A DNA stretch of 64,000 nt, from NCBI GenBank assembly GCA_020348445.1, contig CP070751.1:16832-80831 (forward strand). Direction: 5' to 3'. The translations under genes were made by a program, and so were the position numbers. Source of the stretch: Thermoplasmata archaeon (GTDB lineage Archaea > Thermoplasmatota > Thermoplasmata > GCA-020350865). This document shows positions 15,197 to 25,376 of the stretch, one piece after another. How positions within the stretch are numbered: position 1 is the stretch's first letter; each line of letters begins with the position of its first letter. The notes beneath the pieces are model-generated. The model did no database searches and was not told the origin of the DNA. It was given only the letters and a program-made list of their open reading frames with translations.

Positions 15197-15365
15197 ATCT
15201 TGGCTTTTTACATTGCACTAGGACATAATATAAACACTATAATATATATAGGTTGTTGCTATACTTAATAGGCATTATAATTCATCAATCTATTACATAT
15301 AATCTATTATCCAATATTATATGGGGTTTTCGAATATTTTCCAACACCCGCCATACCAGGGATTC

Positions 15366-16100
15366 TTAAACGAGTCTCTCATCCACGAGGGTCAGGAGAT
15401 TCACGACCTCGATATCTGCACCTATAAGGTCACGCCCGAAATTTAAGGACCGCTCACAGAAAGGGCAGGCCGTGACAATAACTGAGGCACCTAATGATTG
15501 GGCTTCTTTTACTATCAAGTAAGACATGGAATCTGCAAGGTCCTTGTTCAGGGCTCTCAAACCTCCACCTGATCCGCAGCAGAGTGCCTTTTCCCCGTGG
15601 TATGAAAGCTCTTTGAGTTTCAGGTTCGGGATTTTATTTAGTATCTCGCGGGGCTCCTTTACAACACCCAATCCCTTGGCAAGGTGACATGAGTCATGGT
15701 AGGTCACAGTGATTGGATTTGGATTCTCGAAATTCATTTTGTCAAGGTTCTGGGATAGAAATTGGGTCACATGAAGGGGCTTTTTATCTAGGTCATATTG
15801 CTTGGTGAATATCTGAGTGCACCCCGGACATGGTGAAACCAACTGGGAATCACCTTCTGTTTCACTTTTTATTACTGGTTCCATTTTAGCCTTGTTTTCT
15901 TCTGCAACATCAGAAAGTCCTATTCCCCAGAGAGTTGAAGCGCAGCAGGAGTTCTGATTGTCATCCTTGTCAATCACGTCGAATTTGAGGTTCATTTTTT
16001 CAAGAACAGATTGCAAGGATTTCATGGTGTTGTCAAAATAGTACCGCGTTGTGCATCCGTGCCACAGCTTTATTGAGTTTCCATTATCAGGGCCTGCCAT
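15366..16100 (-). CDS. CCG-domain (Fe-S)-binding oxidoreductase subunit (LutA/GlcF/HdrD-like)
   Basis: Two Cys-rich CCG-type motifs (SCCAS..., CCGSGGG, CPFC). Preferred start is ATG 16100 with SD GGGGTGAT, 1 nt after the upstream stop. Confidence 0.7.
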   Translation of the reverse strand: MAGPDNGNSIKLWHGCTTRYYFDNTMKSLQSVLEKMNLKFDVIDKDDNQNSCCASTLWGIGLSDVAEENKAKMEPVIKSETEGDSQLVSPCPGCTQIFTKQYDLDKKPLHVTQFLSQNLDKMNFENPNPITVTYHDSCHLAKGLGVVKEPREILNKIPNLKLKELSYHGEKALCCGSGGGLRALNKDLADSMSYLIVKEAQSLGASVIVTACPFCERSLNFGRDLIGADIEVVNLLTLVDERLV

Positions 16101-16101
16101 C

Positions 16102-17313
16102 TCAATCACCCCTTCCATAAGGATTTCCAAAGGTCCTTACATTCTCAGCAATAGTCATGTGCTTTTTAGGGGCGAGGTTTTCCGCAACTGCATTGTTACG
16201 GATGTTTAAAAGAAAATCAGGCAGGGGAATTCCCAGGGGACATGCGATCTCGCAGTTTCCGCATAAGGAGCAGTTGTACAGTCCCTCTGAAACTGATTGC
16301 TCAACACCTGAAGTGAAATTCAGAAGCACAAGTTCCCTTGGGGTTCGATACTCCCCCTCCTTCATAAAAAGGGATCTGGGACAGACTGAGCCGCAGGCTC
16401 GGCAGTTGATGCACTGTAGGAACTCCGAGAACTCACCAGCCACAAGATCCGATCTTCCATTGTCCAAAATGATCACGTGGAGGTTGTTTTCCAAAGTGCC
16501 TGTTGTTTTAGAGAACTTTTTTGGGAGTTCATCAACATGAACCTTCTGAAACTCAGTGTCGTAGGAAAGTATCCCAAGAAGCAGGCTCGGAAGACCGAAC
16601 ATCCCGGACGCCCGAGAAATGTATTTGGCCTGTTCAGAATCATTTACTATCTTTTCCAGGCTCACTACCAAAATCGTCTCTTTGGACTGCGATATCAGAC
16701 TTGAGATGTTGTTGAAGTGCTGGACAAAGAAGAAGCTTCCGTCCTTTGAGGATACAGAATTTGCACCGATGAGAGAGGCAAACTCAAGTGGTTTTTTGTA
16801 CTTGATTTTAAAAATGTCAAAGGATTTCCAGATATGATCCTCAGATATTTTAGGAATTTCCCATAAATCAAGATGCTTGGCATCTTCGATCTCTTTCTGG
16901 CTTGCATGGTACGTATCAAATACTGTAATGTCCTTGGGAAGGTCCCCTATGATCTCCTTTACAACTGAAGAATTGTTGATGCAAACATTCTTTAGATCGG
17001 CTTTTGTCAGCACCTTTTGAATATAAGAAGCTGCATCTGAAGAGGTCTTGGCATTGTAGGTGTCGATTCCTTTTCCCTGCAAAAAAAATGTGAGATTTTT
17101 TACATTTGATTCGAGATTTTTTAGGCTCGTCTCTCTTATAGATTTTAACTGCTTCTTGATTTCTTCAATATCTATTTCCTGATAATCCTTGTCATCCAAC
17201 TTCCTTAGCTTGGAATAAATGAAGTGCTCTCTTATAAGATTGGCAGAAGGCTCTAAAACGTGGATGGGTATTCTTGTTTTCTGTGACTGTGAGTCTGATT
17301 TGCTTTTATTCAA
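16102..17313 (-). CDS. LUD-domain / 2x[4Fe-4S] protein (LutB-like)
   Basis: CINCRACGSVCP and CSLCGNCEIACP motifs after a LUD (DUF162)-like region. TTG start with SD GGAGGT 8 nt upstream. Confidence 0.65.
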   Translation of the reverse strand: MNKSKSDSQSQKTRIPIHVLEPSANLIREHFIYSKLRKLDDKDYQEIDIEEIKKQLKSIRETSLKNLESNVKNLTFFLQGKGIDTYNAKTSSDAASYIQKVLTKADLKNVCINNSSVVKEIIGDLPKDITVFDTYHASQKEIEDAKHLDLWEIPKISEDHIWKSFDIFKIKYKKPLEFASLIGANSVSSKDGSFFFVQHFNNISSLISQSKETILVVSLEKIVNDSEQAKYISRASGMFGLPSLLLGILSYDTEFQKVHVDELPKKFSKTTGTLENNLHVIILDNGRSDLVAGEFSEFLQCINCRACGSVCPRSLFMKEGEYRTPRELVLLNFTSGVEQSVSEGLYNCSLCGNCEIACPLGIPLPDFLLNIRNNAVAENLAPKKHMTIAENVRTFGNPYGRGD

Positions 17314-17779
17314 AATTTAAACCTCCATATCATCATTCCAATAATTTCTTCTTTAGAATATCGTCAATAGTCTAATAATTTTTCTATGCCATCTTGTTTG
17401 ATAAACTCTACTTATTCATAATAACAAAAATAGAGAAAATAGGAGGGGGGAAAAGAGAGAATTTATCATTCACATTAGTTGGGGCATCCAACAGAGAACA
17501 TCAAATAACATCTGGGTAGATATGGGGTATCTAAATAGATCGACATCCAATAATTTAAGGGAGTGGTTCCCTCAACTCCCCCTCCATAGGGTAGAGCGTT
17601 TTTTTCCAAAGGATCCTCAAATTCTCTCTGAAACATTAAATGACATCTCTTAGAACACTAAACGAGGTTATAATATATATAGATACCTAAAATACTATAT
17701 TTGAGTATATGTTGCATTACCTATATATTATCGTTAATTATTTATATTACCAACGTTATTACGCGATTTCAGGGATAAA

Positions 17780-18343
17780 ATGAAAATCGATAAAAAGGAC
17801 AGAGTCATAATCTCGATGTACGCTGAAAATCCAGATGTTTCACAGGAAGAAATTGCTAAGAAAATAAGCCTCTCTCAGCCTTCTGTTGCCATGAGAATAA
17901 AGAAGCTTAAAGAAAATGGAGCAATAGAAACTCAGACAGGAATCAATCCCTTGAAGATGGGTTTGTACATGGCAAAGGTGGATATCTCATCCAACGATCC
18001 TGCTGAGATACTTAGAATGTTTAAGAACTGCCCTTATTTTGCAAACGGATTTTCAATATCTGGAAAAAGTAATTTATGTTTGTTCTTCGTCAGTGAGAGT
18101 ATAGCAACTTTGGAGGCAATAATAAATGGCCATGTGAGACCTAATAAGTCAGTTACAGACGTTGATTTCAATATCGTCATTGCAACTGAAAAGGACTTCG
18201 TAGTTCCCAGTATTTTGACCCCTGAAAAATCTGAAAAACCTCCCTGCGGAATTCTGGTTCAATGCAGAAATTGTCAGTCCTTCAAAGAAGATAAATGCCT
18301 TGGCTGTCCTGCAACTGGAACCTACAAAGGCTGGTTCTACTAA
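17780..18343 (+). CDS. Lrp/AsnC-type HTH regulator with C-terminal Cys cluster
   Basis: N-terminal HTH (VSQEEIAKKISLSQPSVAMRIKKLKENG). C-terminus CGILVQCRNCQSFKEDKCLGCP. Long AT-rich promoter region with TATA-like boxes upstream. Confidence 0.7.
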   Translation: MKIDKKDRVIISMYAENPDVSQEEIAKKISLSQPSVAMRIKKLKENGAIETQTGINPLKMGLYMAKVDISSNDPAEILRMFKNCPYFANGFSISGKSNLCLFFVSESIATLEAIINGHVRPNKSVTDVDFNIVIATEKDFVVPSILTPEKSEKPPCGILVQCRNCQSFKEDKCLGCPATGTYKGWFY

Positions 18344-18348
18344 CAAAA

Positions 18349-19008
18349 TTAATCTATTTTTCTTTCCACACATTCAACAGTTTGGCATAAGCTGTCGTAT
18401 GCAGCCTTGTAACCCAGATCAAATGCTTTGAGGTTCACATCCAGGGCTTTTTTAGGAACAGATTCGGCCACGCTTTCTTTTAGGACCTCTGCATCCAGAG
18501 GAAATGATTTTAATGCAGACAACGCTCCAATAAAAACCACGTTCTCGGTTAAAGGATTTCCAGCCTCTTTGGCAAGATCAAGAGCGGGAAGGGGGGCAAT
18601 ATTTTGGGTAATCACATTTAACTTCTCTTTGATTTCATCAAATTTTATAAAATCTGTGCGTTTTTCCTTGGATAGTTGTGCAACCTCAATTGGAGGATTT
18701 ATCACCCTTTTATTAAGAATTATCACACCGTCATCCTTAAGATATTCGAGGTACCTCAAAGCTTCCACTGCCTCCAAGGATATGAGGGCATCGGCTTCAC
18801 CATAAGGTATCAGAGGTGAAAGATTGTCTTTCCCGATTCTCATGTGAATGTATATGGTGCCGCTGCGCTGGGAAAGGCCGTGCAGCTCTCCAGTTCTTGC
18901 CTCTAAATCTGCCTTGGCACAGCCGCGGCCTATTATATTTGAAAGCAGGACTATTCCCTGACCACCAACTCCGCAGATCACGAGATCGAATGAGGAATCT
19001 TGGCTCAT
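18349..19008 (-). CDS. iorB: indolepyruvate:ferredoxin oxidoreductase beta subunit
   Basis: 219 aa, DLVICGVGGQGIVLLSNIIG. ATGA overlap with iorA. Confidence 0.85.
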   Translation of the reverse strand: MSQDSSFDLVICGVGGQGIVLLSNIIGRGCAKADLEARTGELHGLSQRSGTIYIHMRIGKDNLSPLIPYGEADALISLEAVEALRYLEYLKDDGVIILNKRVINPPIEVAQLSKEKRTDFIKFDEIKEKLNVITQNIAPLPALDLAKEAGNPLTENVVFIGALSALKSFPLDAEVLKESVAESVPKKALDVNLKAFDLGYKAAYDSLCQTVECVERKID

Positions 19009-20915
19009 TGTTTCACCTCCCTACCTGGTGCTTCTTCTCCTATTGGATGAATCGTGCCAAAGGGACAGATTTTTGCACACACTCCACAGCCGTCACATAT
19101 TTCAGGCAGGATCCTTGCTGCCCTGTCATCAGAATCGAACCTAAAAGAAGGGCAGTAGAAGTCTTTAATGCATGTATGTGGTTTTTTGCAGATTGACTTA
19201 TCCACTTCATTTTGGACTATGGGAACGCCGGTTCTCCGCTTTATTCTGTCACCATGAAGTGCGCAGGATCTTCTTGATATTACAACAGAAGGACCTTTAA
19301 AATCAAGAGCTTCCTTTATTATATCTACATTGTTCTTTACGTCGTATGAATCCATTATCGCAACATGCCCAACTCCAATTCCTCTGCACACATCCTCGAT
19401 TATTATTCTCTTTTTGCCTTCGGGCATACCGCGATCCTCAGGTGTTCCTGCATGGAACTGCTGGCCTGTCATTGCTGTAACTTCATTGTCCAGAACAAAG
19501 AGGGTGATATTCAGGTTATGATAAACAGAATTGACAAGTCCTGGAAGTGCTGCGTGAAAGAAAGTGGAATCCCCTACCACGCACATGACATCGTCCTCCA
19601 AAACCTGGGACATGCCTGCAGAAAGTCCCAAAGAAGAGCCCATGCACAAAAGGGACATGGTCATGTTAAGGGGAGGAAAGAACGCCATGGAGTAGCAACC
19701 AATGTCGTTGTTGAACACCACATTCCTTCCTCGTACAGCCTGTTTGATTGCCCAGAATGTTGCCCTGTGAGGACAGCCTGCACAAAAACACGGCATCCTT
19801 TCAGGAAGTATTGTCTTTAAGTCATTTGCCCTTTTAAGAATTCCATCGTAGTCTATCGGAGATTTGATTCCCAAAGCAGATGAAATCCCCATAACAACTA
19901 TTGGAACGTTATATTCCATAGCTTCGCTGAAATGCCCTGCATCTTTTCCTAGTATTGTCACATCGAGCTCAAAATCCTTGGCAATCCTTTTTGCATTGTG
20001 CTCCAGATACGGGGATAATTCCTCAATGACCACAACTTTCGAAAGCCCCTTCATAAAGTCAGCGATTTTCTTCTCTGGCAAGGGAAATGGTGTGCCTATC
20101 TTGAGTATCTTTGGATTTATTTTAAGAATCTTACACGCATCCTTGGCATAGCAGTACCCGACACCTGAAGTGAGTATACCGATATCACCCTCACCCTCTG
20201 AAATTACATTGAAGGGCGAATCCTCGAATTCGATTTGAATATTCTTAACCTTCTCAAGAAGTTTGAATTTGTTCTGCCTGGCTGTCTCCCCAACTGTAAA
20301 ATAATTTTCTCCCACCTCTGACCATTTGGCTTTCACAAATGGAGTTCGGTTAAGTGCCTCAGTTTCAACAATACCGCTTTGGTGGTTTACCCTTGTTGTT
20401 GTTCTGATGACGACTATGCTCTTATGACGCTCCGAAATCTCGAAGGCTGTCTTGACCATTTTTCTTGCTTCTTTCGGATTGGAAGGCTCGAGCATTGGGA
20501 TGTAAGCATTTGGCCCAAAAAACCTGCCGTCCTCCTCACTTTGGGAGGAATGACAATGGGGATCATCTGCTACTATCATTACACATCCTGCATTTATCCC
20601 TGTATAAGCCAGGGAGAAGAATGCATCAGAGGCCACATTCAGACCCACAGATTTCATGGATGTCAGGGCTCGAAAACCGGACATGGAGGCTCCAGCCACA
20701 GTCTCTAAAGCTACCTTCTCATTTGTGGCTGTTGTGAATTTATAATCAAACTCGTTACGCAGCAAAAAGAAAGTGTCAAGTATCTCGCTCGTTGGAGCTC
20801 CAGGATAACACGATATGACCTTGACATCTGCTTCAAGGGCACCTCTTACCATGGCCTCGTTGCTCATCATGAATGCTTTTTTTGGATCTTTGTTTACCAA
20901 ATATTCCTTTGCCAT
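19005..20915 (-). CDS. iorA: indolepyruvate:ferredoxin oxidoreductase alpha subunit
   Basis: 636 aa. TPP-binding region (GDSTFFH) and a C-terminal ferredoxin motif (CDGCGVCAKICP), typical of IorA. Confidence 0.9.
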   Translation of the reverse strand: MAKEYLVNKDPKKAFMMSNEAMVRGALEADVKVISCYPGAPTSEILDTFFLLRNEFDYKFTTATNEKVALETVAGASMSGFRALTSMKSVGLNVASDAFFSLAYTGINAGCVMIVADDPHCHSSQSEEDGRFFGPNAYIPMLEPSNPKEARKMVKTAFEISERHKSIVVIRTTTRVNHQSGIVETEALNRTPFVKAKWSEVGENYFTVGETARQNKFKLLEKVKNIQIEFEDSPFNVISEGEGDIGILTSGVGYCYAKDACKILKINPKILKIGTPFPLPEKKIADFMKGLSKVVVIEELSPYLEHNAKRIAKDFELDVTILGKDAGHFSEAMEYNVPIVVMGISSALGIKSPIDYDGILKRANDLKTILPERMPCFCAGCPHRATFWAIKQAVRGRNVVFNNDIGCYSMAFFPPLNMTMSLLCMGSSLGLSAGMSQVLEDDVMCVVGDSTFFHAALPGLVNSVYHNLNITLFVLDNEVTAMTGQQFHAGTPEDRGMPEGKKRIIIEDVCRGIGVGHVAIMDSYDVKNNVDIIKEALDFKGPSVVISRRSCALHGDRIKRRTGVPIVQNEVDKSICKKPHTCIKDFYCPSFRFDSDDRAARILPEICDGCGVCAKICPFGTIHPIGEEAPGREVKQ

Positions 20916-21003
20916 TTTCCTTCCCCCTAATGTCCAATAATCTGTGCATAAATTATTCTTTTTTGGTAATCGAGTTTTGATAGCTCACTTCAAAGGCAAT
21001 GAC

Positions 21004-21516
21004 TTAACCTTCTAGTATTGGAACATAACCGTACCAGACACCCTCATCTTTTAGGGTGCGGAGATTTTCTTTTAGAAGGGCAAGATGCTCCCTTTCCCAA
21101 TTCGAAAGGTCATTAAACAGCGTGGCAATATCTTGCTCTGGAGTCTTTTGGGCGTTATTTTTGTAGAAATCAATGGACTTTGCCTCCACCTCCATGCCCA
21201 ATTTCATTGCTTCGATTGCATCTACTATCTCCAGTCTATCCTTTGCCATTAGATCCTTGAATATATTCTGGATGCCCTCCTCCATGAGAATATCCGCCAT
21301 AAGTGTGTCTATTTCAGTTTTCCTAGCCTCTGCACCGTATTTATTGAGGATACTTGTTAGTTGCTCCCTGTGCTCGTTTTCTGCATTGGCTAAAAAACCT
21401 AGCAATGCGCTTCCCTCTCTATCCTCAACAGCACCTTTGAGTTTATTGTAGTAATCCAGCCCAAACGCCTCAATCTCTATTGCCCTTTGAAGTATCTCAA
21501 TGCTCTCTTCCTCCAT
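21004..21516 (-). CDS. ferritin-like diiron (rubrerythrin-family) protein
   Basis: 170 aa. Repeated E..H-type helices (AENEHREQL, NWEREHLALL). Confidence 0.7.
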   Translation of the reverse strand: MEEESIEILQRAIEIEAFGLDYYNKLKGAVEDREGSALLGFLANAENEHREQLTSILNKYGAEARKTEIDTLMADILMEEGIQNIFKDLMAKDRLEIVDAIEAMKLGMEVEAKSIDFYKNNAQKTPEQDIATLFNDLSNWEREHLALLKENLRTLKDEGVWYGYVPILEG

Positions 21517-21593
21517 AATATCACCTCCATGCTAAATCAAGTTGGTTTGTATATCTTTTTTGATTATGCAAATATTTTTGTGAACAGGAAATA

Positions 21594-22052
21594 CTAGTAG
21601 CCTTCTGTCAAAAAGAACTCGTCATATTCCATCTCAAGACGCAATTTATGCTTGGCCTCTTCCTGGGCCAATCCCTGCATAAGTGATTGCAGAGTGCTAT
21701 CTTCGGTTGTTGCAGCTAAATCGGTGTACAGTCTAAAGGATGCCTTCTCCTTTTTCATTGCTAGTATCAACGCATCCTGGTAGTCCATATCTGGACCTGC
21801 AGGAACATCTACAAGATAATCACCTATCTTAAGATCTGTGATCTTTTGCTCAACAGGCATCAACTGCTTTCCTTCTTTTACTGCCGATATTTTTTCCTTG
21901 TGCTTGGCCTCTTCGGCTGCAAAACCCGTAAAGACCTTCTTCATATGTTCTCTTTCCATCTTTACGGCGAGACCAAGATAGAACTTGTTGGCCTCCTCTT
22001 CTTTCTCCATTGCAAAGTTCAATAGTGCGTCCACAGATTCAAATGTATCCAT
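21594..22052 (-). CDS. rubrerythrin-family diiron protein
   Basis: 152 aa. EEANKFY, AAEEAKHKEK, AQEEAKHKLR motifs. Confidence 0.7.
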   Translation of the reverse strand: MDTFESVDALLNFAMEKEEEANKFYLGLAVKMEREHMKKVFTGFAAEEAKHKEKISAVKEGKQLMPVEQKITDLKIGDYLVDVPAGPDMDYQDALILAMKKEKASFRLYTDLAATTEDSTLQSLMQGLAQEEAKHKLRLEMEYDEFFLTEGY

Positions 22053-22072
22053 TTTCTCATCCTCCTTTCTTT

Positions 22073-22648
22073 TTACAAATTCTCTCCGAGCAACTCAAAG
22101 TAAGCCTGTTCATGCTTGCATGCCGGGCATAACTCAGGTGCTTCGGGACCCTCATGAAGATATCCGCAGTTTAAGCAGCGCCAAACCACTGTACCGTCCT
22201 TTTTGAATACCTTGCCTGCCTCAACATTCGCCAGAAGGCCGAGATATCTTTTTTCGTGCTGTTTCTCTGCAACAGATATATTTTTAAAGGCCGCTACAAC
22301 CTCAGGGAAACCCTCTGATTCTGCATCACCAGCAAAGTCCTGATAGAGTTTTGTCCATTCGAAATTCTCACCCGCAGCTGCTGCCTTGAGGTTCTCTTGA
22401 GTGGTTCCAATTACTCCAGCAGGGTATGCTACGTTAATCTCCACGTCCCCACCTTCGAGAAACTTGAAGAACCTTTTTGCATGTTCTTTCTCCTGATTTG
22501 CTGTTTCCTCGAATATCAATGATATCTGCACAAATCCGTCCTTTTTCGCCTGGCTTGCAAAGTAGGTGTACCTGTTTCTTGCCTGCGACTCACCTGCAAA
22601 GGCTTTCAACAAATTCTTTTCTGTTTTGGTTCCTTTCAAACTTGGCAT
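22073..22648 (-). CDS. rbr: rubrerythrin (diiron domain plus C-terminal rubredoxin-like CxxC..CxxC)
   Basis: LKGTKTEKNLLKAFAGESQARNRYTYF...WRCLNCGY...CPACK. Start ATG 22648 with SD GGAGGT. Confidence 0.9.
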   Translation of the reverse strand: MPSLKGTKTEKNLLKAFAGESQARNRYTYFASQAKKDGFVQISLIFEETANQEKEHAKRFFKFLEGGDVEINVAYPAGVIGTTQENLKAAAAGENFEWTKLYQDFAGDAESEGFPEVVAAFKNISVAEKQHEKRYLGLLANVEAGKVFKKDGTVVWRCLNCGYLHEGPEAPELCPACKHEQAYFELLGENL

Positions 22649-22667
22649 TTTTCCTACCTCCATAAAT

Positions 22668-22850
22668 TCACTTTGTTGGTGCCCAATAGCATCTTTTCGG
22701 GGATGACACCTTCCCCTTTTCCTTTAAGCCTTTTATGGCGTTGGAAACTTCTTTGCTATCTATACCTGTCATCTTCGCAACATCACCTGGTCTGACAGGT
22801 TTTCCTGCATTCTTCATAGCTTTTAATACAGTTTGTTCTGTTGTTGCCAT
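22668..22850 (-). CDS. small winged-helix DNA-binding protein
   Basis: About 60 aa, VLKAMKNAGKPVRPGDVAKMTGIDSKEVSNAIKGLKEKGKV. ATG 22850 preceded by GAGGTG. Confidence 0.6.
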   Translation of the reverse strand: MATTEQTVLKAMKNAGKPVRPGDVAKMTGIDSKEVSNAIKGLKEKGKVSSPKRCYWAPTK

Positions 22851-22896
22851 ATCATTCACCTCTAAATTCTCTCCTTTATTATAAATCTATATTACT

Positions 22897-23403
22897 CTAT
22901 TTAATGGAAGAACCCCTCCATTGTCCTATCTCCTGTAAGCTCTTTAGATTCTCCTCTAATATGATTATATGATCCCTTTCGAAATCTGCGAGCCGTTTAA
23001 AGAGTTCCTTTGTTTTATCATCCTCTGAAATATCCATGTTCTTTTCGTAGAAATCCACGGACCTGTTTTCAATTCCTATTGCAAAGTCTATCGCTTTTAT
23101 GGGATCGAATTCCCGAAAGATGTCGGGTAACTTATCTTGCTCAAGAAATATCTCCTCTTTTCCTAAAATAGATATCTTCTCTTCTGGCTCATCCCTAAGC
23201 TCATCCAATTTCTCTAACTGTCTGTGATATTCCTCCTCCAGCCATTTTATGTGGTCGACTTCTAATCTGGCTAGATGAGATACAAGTTTTTGTCCATTTC
23301 CATCTTTGACAAAATCCCTCATGCTGTTGTAAAAATCATAGCCAAATCTTTCAATTTCTATGGCCTCTTTTACCGTCCCAAGTACCTTTTCTATATCGGA
23401 CAT
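22897..23403 (-). CDS. ferritin-like diiron (rubrerythrin-family) protein
   Basis: 168 aa. LEVDHIKWLEEE and DFERDHIIILEE motifs. Confidence 0.7.
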   Translation of the reverse strand: MSDIEKVLGTVKEAIEIERFGYDFYNSMRDFVKDGNGQKLVSHLARLEVDHIKWLEEEYHRQLEKLDELRDEPEEKISILGKEEIFLEQDKLPDIFREFDPIKAIDFAIGIENRSVDFYEKNMDISEDDKTKELFKRLADFERDHIIILEENLKSLQEIGQWRGSSIK

Positions 23404-23427
23404 TGAAACACCTCTGAATATTTATCT

Positions 23428-23973
23428 TCATCCCCCAGCCAAATCAAATTCCTTGAAATCGAACCAATAACCTGGTCCGCTCAGGTAATCGATTTCTGCC
23501 TGCACTATGGCCAAATGCCCCTCTTCAATTTCAACAAAGCGCGAAAAAAGCTGCTGCCCCTCGGCCGGAATCTCGCTGACCATCTTTTTGTAGAAGGTGC
23601 TCGTTTCCCTTTCAACCTCAAGGGCGTTTTGGAGCATCCTCAGTTCAGAACCATGATGTCGATCCATGTCATGTTCTTTCACCTTGCCCTCGAGTTTATC
23701 CACCTCTTGCAGGATTGTTTCTTTGGAGGGAATTGCGGTCTTTAGACTAGTTTGTGTTATCGTACCAGTTTCCTTCCATTCAGCAAGCCTACTGTTTAGA
23801 TAATCCAGATGACCAAGTTCCTCGTTCACCAAGACCCCAAATACCTTTTTTCCAATTGGATCCTTAGCCTGGTCCTTTGCCTCTTTATATAATTGACTTA
23901 CTCTTGTTTCAAATTCTATTGCTGTTTTTATCGCTTTTTCTATACTCATACTCATATTCAACACCTTTTCCAT
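23428..23973 (-). CDS. ferritin-like diiron protein
   Basis: 181 aa. NEELGHLDYL and EIEEGHLAIV motifs. Start could be ATG 23955 instead. Confidence 0.65.
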   Translation of the reverse strand: MEKVLNMSMSIEKAIKTAIEFETRVSQLYKEAKDQAKDPIGKKVFGVLVNEELGHLDYLNSRLAEWKETGTITQTSLKTAIPSKETILQEVDKLEGKVKEHDMDRHHGSELRMLQNALEVERETSTFYKKMVSEIPAEGQQLFSRFVEIEEGHLAIVQAEIDYLSGPGYWFDFKEFDLAGG

Positions 23974-23977
23974 TGTT

Positions 23978-23994
23978 TAATAAGAATCTTATTA
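23978..23994. promoter_or_regulatory. perfect 17-bp palindrome TAATAAGAATCTTATTA (7-1-7 Fur/PerR-box-like)
   Basis: Verified base by base. Lies in the 26-nt gap between the ferritin stop and the start of 23428-23973. Confidence 0.35.
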
Positions 23995-23999
23995 TTGTC

Positions 24000-24518
24000 T
24001 TACTTTTCCGCAGATGTAGTAGGTGGGGTGAATACACGCTGGCCTAATTCTTGGTCAAGCATGAACAGGCCACTACCCTCCCCACCAATTATCTTTATCT
24101 TCTGAAGTATTCCATTTGCAGATGCCTCCTCCTCAACCTGCTCTGTTACGAACCATTGTAAGAAGTTGTTTGTTGCATGATCCTTTTCCGAAATGGCCAG
24201 ATTCACTAGATCGTTTATCAAATTCGTGACCTTCTGCTCGTGGGAATAGACATGCTCAAATGCTGCCTGCGGTGACTCCCACTCAAGTTGTGGAGCTGCA
24301 ATTTCCTTTAACTTTACCCGACCACCCCGCTCGTTTATATAATCATAGAACTTCATTGCATGCATCAGCTCTTCCCTGGCCTGAACACGCATCCAGTTTG
24401 CAAAACCAGCAAGATCAGTTCCCTGAAAATAAGCTGACATGGACAGGTACAGGTAAGATGAGTAGATCTCAGCATTTAGCTGCTCATTAAGCGCTTCCTG
24501 AATTTTCTCGTTCATCAT
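24000..24518 (-). CDS. ftn: ferritin
   Basis: [31 protein letters not shown] is a classic Ftn N-terminus. The ORF track start 24530 adds 4 codons. Confidence 0.85.
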   Translation of the reverse strand: MMNEKIQEALNEQLNAEIYSSYLYLSMSAYFQGTDLAGFANWMRVQAREELMHAMKFYDYINERGGRVKLKEIAAPQLEWESPQAAFEHVYSHEQKVTNLINDLVNLAISEKDHATNNFLQWFVTEQVEEEASANGILQKIKIIGGEGSGLFMLDQELGQRVFTPPTTSAEK

Positions 24519-24533
24519 ACAAGTCACCATATC

Positions 24534-24908
24534 TCAGCTCTTCCATAAACCGTGGACATTGCAGTACTCCCTAGCAAAAGAAATATCCCTTTTACAGTCA
24601 AATACCGCTTCAGGGGCCTCCCCTGGTTTCAGGTACCTTCGAACAACACCTGAATCAGTCACTATCTCTATCCATTCTATGTAGTGTGCGTCTTCCATTG
24701 GATGTGGAACTGAACCCACCTTGACCTTTGTGCTGGACTCTGTCTTCTCAACCACTGGTACGTGCTTCTCAGTGGTGGCATCTGCTGTCTTTTCCTCAAA
24801 CAGCTTCATTGGCTGTCCGCAGCACACGAGTTCACCTGCACCTCCATGCAGTACCTCCACTATGTTCCCGCATATCTCACACTTATAGACTTCCAATCTC
24901 TTTGCCAT
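24534..24908 (-). CDS. dfx: desulfoferrodoxin (2Fe superoxide reductase)
   Basis: N-terminal desulforedoxin motif VYKCEICGN...VCCGQPMK plus the SOR domain (HVPV...[12 protein letters not shown]). ATG 24908 after GGAGGAG. Confidence 0.9.
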   Translation of the reverse strand: MAKRLEVYKCEICGNIVEVLHGGAGELVCCGQPMKLFEEKTADATTEKHVPVVEKTESSTKVKVGSVPHPMEDAHYIEWIEIVTDSGVVRRYLKPGEAPEAVFDCKRDISFAREYCNVHGLWKS

Positions 24909-24940
24909 ATTTTCTCCTCCATTCAAATTTCCAAGTCACT

Positions 24941-25183
24941 TTATTTTGTTCTTTTTATAAAGAAGGTCATTTGTGCTCCTTCTTTTTGGAATTTTAAAAC
25001 TTCATGTCCCGTCCTTTTGGCCCATCGCTTTATGTCCTCTTCTGCAGCTGGATCGTCTGCTTCAACCTTTAGGACCTGGCCGATTTCGATTTTATCGATC
25101 TCTTCCTTTGTCCTGGCAATTGGTATTGGGCAGTACAGACCTATGCAGTCAAGTTCTGCATCAGCGACGATGTCGGAATTCAT
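24941..25183 (-). CDS. TusA/SirA-like sulfur-carrier protein
   Basis: 80 aa with the CPxP motif (LDCIGLYCPIPIARTKEEI). Confidence 0.75.
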   Translation of the reverse strand: MNSDIVADAELDCIGLYCPIPIARTKEEIDKIEIGQVLKVEADDPAAEEDIKRWAKRTGHEVLKFQKEGAQMTFFIKRTK

Positions 25184-25207
25184 TTTTTTACCTCCATCTT
25201 ATTGCAT

Positions 25208-25360
25208 TCACAATCTTTTATCAACGCCTGTATCCTCGCACTCGGGAATGTAGCATGTCACATTCACAAATTCGCACTTGTGATTGCATGATGGACATTC
25301 CGCAGGGGGATTCTCGGCATTTAATTGATATCCACAATCAGAGCATTTCCATTCCGGCAT
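25208..25360 (-). CDS. 50-aa rubredoxin-like zinc-ribbon protein (not in ORF track)
   Basis: Own translation: MPEWKCSDCGYQLNAENPPAECPSCNHKCEFVNVTCYIPECEDTGVDKRL. SD GAGGAGGTG upstream. Below the 60-aa track cutoff. Confidence 0.75.
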   Translation of the reverse strand: MPEWKCSDCGYQLNAENPPAECPSCNHKCEFVNVTCYIPECEDTGVDKRL

Positions 25361-25376
25361 ATCTTCACCTCCTCAT

